From the NCBI GenBank assembly GCA_027493935.1, contig JAOSJV010000011.1, positions 130,811 to 194,810 on the forward strand: 64,000 nucleotides of DNA. The letters run 5' to 3'. Shown piece after piece: positions 62,719-64,000 of this stretch. The DNA is from Burkholderiales bacterium (GTDB lineage Bacteria > Pseudomonadota > Gammaproteobacteria > Burkholderiales > SG8-39). A model generated the notes under the pieces. The model made no database searches. It saw only the letters and a list, made by a program, of their open reading frames with translations, and was not told where the DNA came from. Position numbers and translations under genes: made by a program. Numbering within the stretch: position 1 is the first letter of the stretch; each line of letters opens with the position of its first letter.

Positions 62719-63494
62719 CTACACCTCGACGTCGTAGTCGACGATCAACGGCGCGTGATCCGAGAAGCGCTTGTCCTTGTAGATCCGCGTTCGATTCGCC
62801 TTCGCCGCGATCCCGGGCGTGGCGATCTGGTAGTCGATGCGCCACCCGACGTTCTTCGCCCAGGCCTGGCCGCGGTTCGACCACCAGGTGTACTGCTCGG
62901 GGCGCGGATCGAGCCCGCGGAAGACATCGACCCAGCCCGCGCGCTCGAACACCTCGGTGAGCCAAGCGCGCTCCTCGGGCAGAAAACCGGAGTTCTTCTG
63001 GTTCGCGCGCCAGTTCTTGAGGTCGATCTCGCGGTGCGCAATGTTCCAGTCGCCGGCGAGGATGAACTCGCGCCCAGTGCGATGCAGCCGCTTCAGGTAC
63101 GGCATAAACTCGGCCATGAAGCGGAACTTCGCCTGCTGGCGCGCCTGGGAGCTCGAGCCCGACGGCAGATACACCGACACGACCGAGAGCCCACCGTAAT
63201 CGGCCCGCAGCACGCGCCCTCGGGATCGAATTCGCGGCTGCCGAACCCGGCGACGATCCGGTCCGGCGGCCGGCGGCAGTAGAGGCCCACGCCGGCGTAG
63301 CCGCGCGCTTCGGCGCAGTGAAAGTATCCCGTGTACCCGTCGGGCATGAGAATTGCCGGTTCCAGGTCGTTTTGGTGAGCCTTGATCTCCTGCAGGCACG
63401 CGACATCGGCGTGCATGGCGCGAAGCCAGGCGAGGAATCCGCGCCGGACTGCCGAGCGGATACCGTTCAGGTTCACGTTGATGACGCGGAACAT
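62719..63494 (-). CDS. xthA: exodeoxyribonuclease III, frameshifted in this sequence
   Basis: ATG at 63494 (MFRVINVNLNGIRS; 'ADVACLQEIK'). 'GFGSREFDPEG' then continues as 'RVLRADYGGLSVVSVYLPSG...LAGDWNIAHREIDL...RIDYQIATP...SDHAPLIVDY' in ORF 62719..63399. One base is missing in run 63217-63219. Confidence 0.9.
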
Positions 63495-63864
63495 GTTGAA
63501 TTCTAGGTATAAGTCAAGAGGAGCCAGAATCCGCACCGTGGCCTGCCGGGGCCGGCTGGGCGCGATCGCGCGGCGCCTCGGCGTGCGCGCCGCGCGCGGC
63601 CGAAGCCTGACGAAACTCGGCAGATTGCGCCGCACCGGGTTCGCCGGCCGGGTTGCGCGCGCCGTGCGCGCCCCGCGACGGTTGTGGAATTTTACGCAGG
63701 GCGCGGCATCCGCGGCGGAGTTGCGCGCGATATCGCGGTCAAATGCCAACAGTGCACGCATGTCACGCGCAATACGGGCGCACTTTGCGGAACCTCGCCC
63801 GGATGTTGCTCGCTCTTCCGGGTGGCTGGATTCCGGCCTATAACGACGATACGGAGCCGCTGGA

Positions 63865-64000
63865 CATGGATCGCGCGAAATTCCTGCTGCTGCCGACCCT
63901 CGCGGTCGCGTGCGCGCTCCTCGCCGCCCCGGTCGCCGCGCAGAAGCTCTACAAGTACATCGATGCGGAAGGCCGCGTGCGCTACACCGACCGGCCGCCG
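63865..64000 (+). CDS. DUF4124-like secreted protein, 3'-truncated by the window edge
   Basis: ATG at 63865: 'MDRAKFLLLPTLAVACALLAAPVAAQ' signal peptide, then 'KLYKYIDAEGRVRYTDRPP', the DUF4124 N-terminal motif. Still open at base 64000. Confidence 0.5.

Overview
This is a very GC-rich proteobacterial chromosomal segment made almost entirely of core and housekeeping genes. The gene order is typical of Betaproteobacteria: leuS-lptE-holA, proA, nadD-rsfS-rlmH-maf-rng, gshB-EIIA(Man)-ptsH-ptsI and metX-metW-ampG. I can support about 65 protein-coding genes, one tRNA-Arg(CCG), two families of palindromic REP/BIME-like repeats, one sigma70 promoter overlapped by an IscR box, and one leader with an intrinsic terminator upstream of metX. 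I see no rRNA, CRISPR array, transposase, integrase or phage genes.

Functional blocks:
- 0-8.9 kb: a radical-SAM gene, plus an AraC-controlled LivKGFHM-type ABC importer in one operon with an acyl-CoA ligase.
- 9-31 kb: tspO, ilvA, uvrD, leuS, lptE, holA, proA, nadD, rsfS, rlmH, maf and rng.
- 31-36.7 kb: small accessory genes (LysR, AhpD-like, Vgb-like beta-propeller, Rrf2 remnant, metallophosphoesterase).
- 36.8-44.0 kb: a nine-gene iscR-sufA-sufB-sufC-sufD-sufS-sufU-nfu-Rieske operon.
- 44.4-53 kb: cytochrome c, gshB, a regulatory PTS, metXW and ampG.
- 53.1-55.4 kb: an orphan MotA/ExbB-like plus MotB/OmpA-like coiled-coil pair.
- 55.8-62.4 kb: a TRAP transporter, FAH hydrolase, cupin, cyclase and SMP-30 catabolic module with repeat clusters on both sides.
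- After 62.7 kb: xthA.

Main caveat: at least 18 conserved genes, including leuS, holA, proA, uvrD, ptsI, gshB and sufD, are split by single-base frameshifts. Almost all of these sit in short G or C runs. This looks like homopolymer-length error in the assembly rather than biology. As a result, many of the largest ORFs in the six-frame track are chimeras or GC-driven antisense shadows.

The most system-like unexplained element is the stator-like MotA/MotB pair. I did not find a convincing defence island or mobile element. All family calls come from motif recognition by eye; no database search was run.
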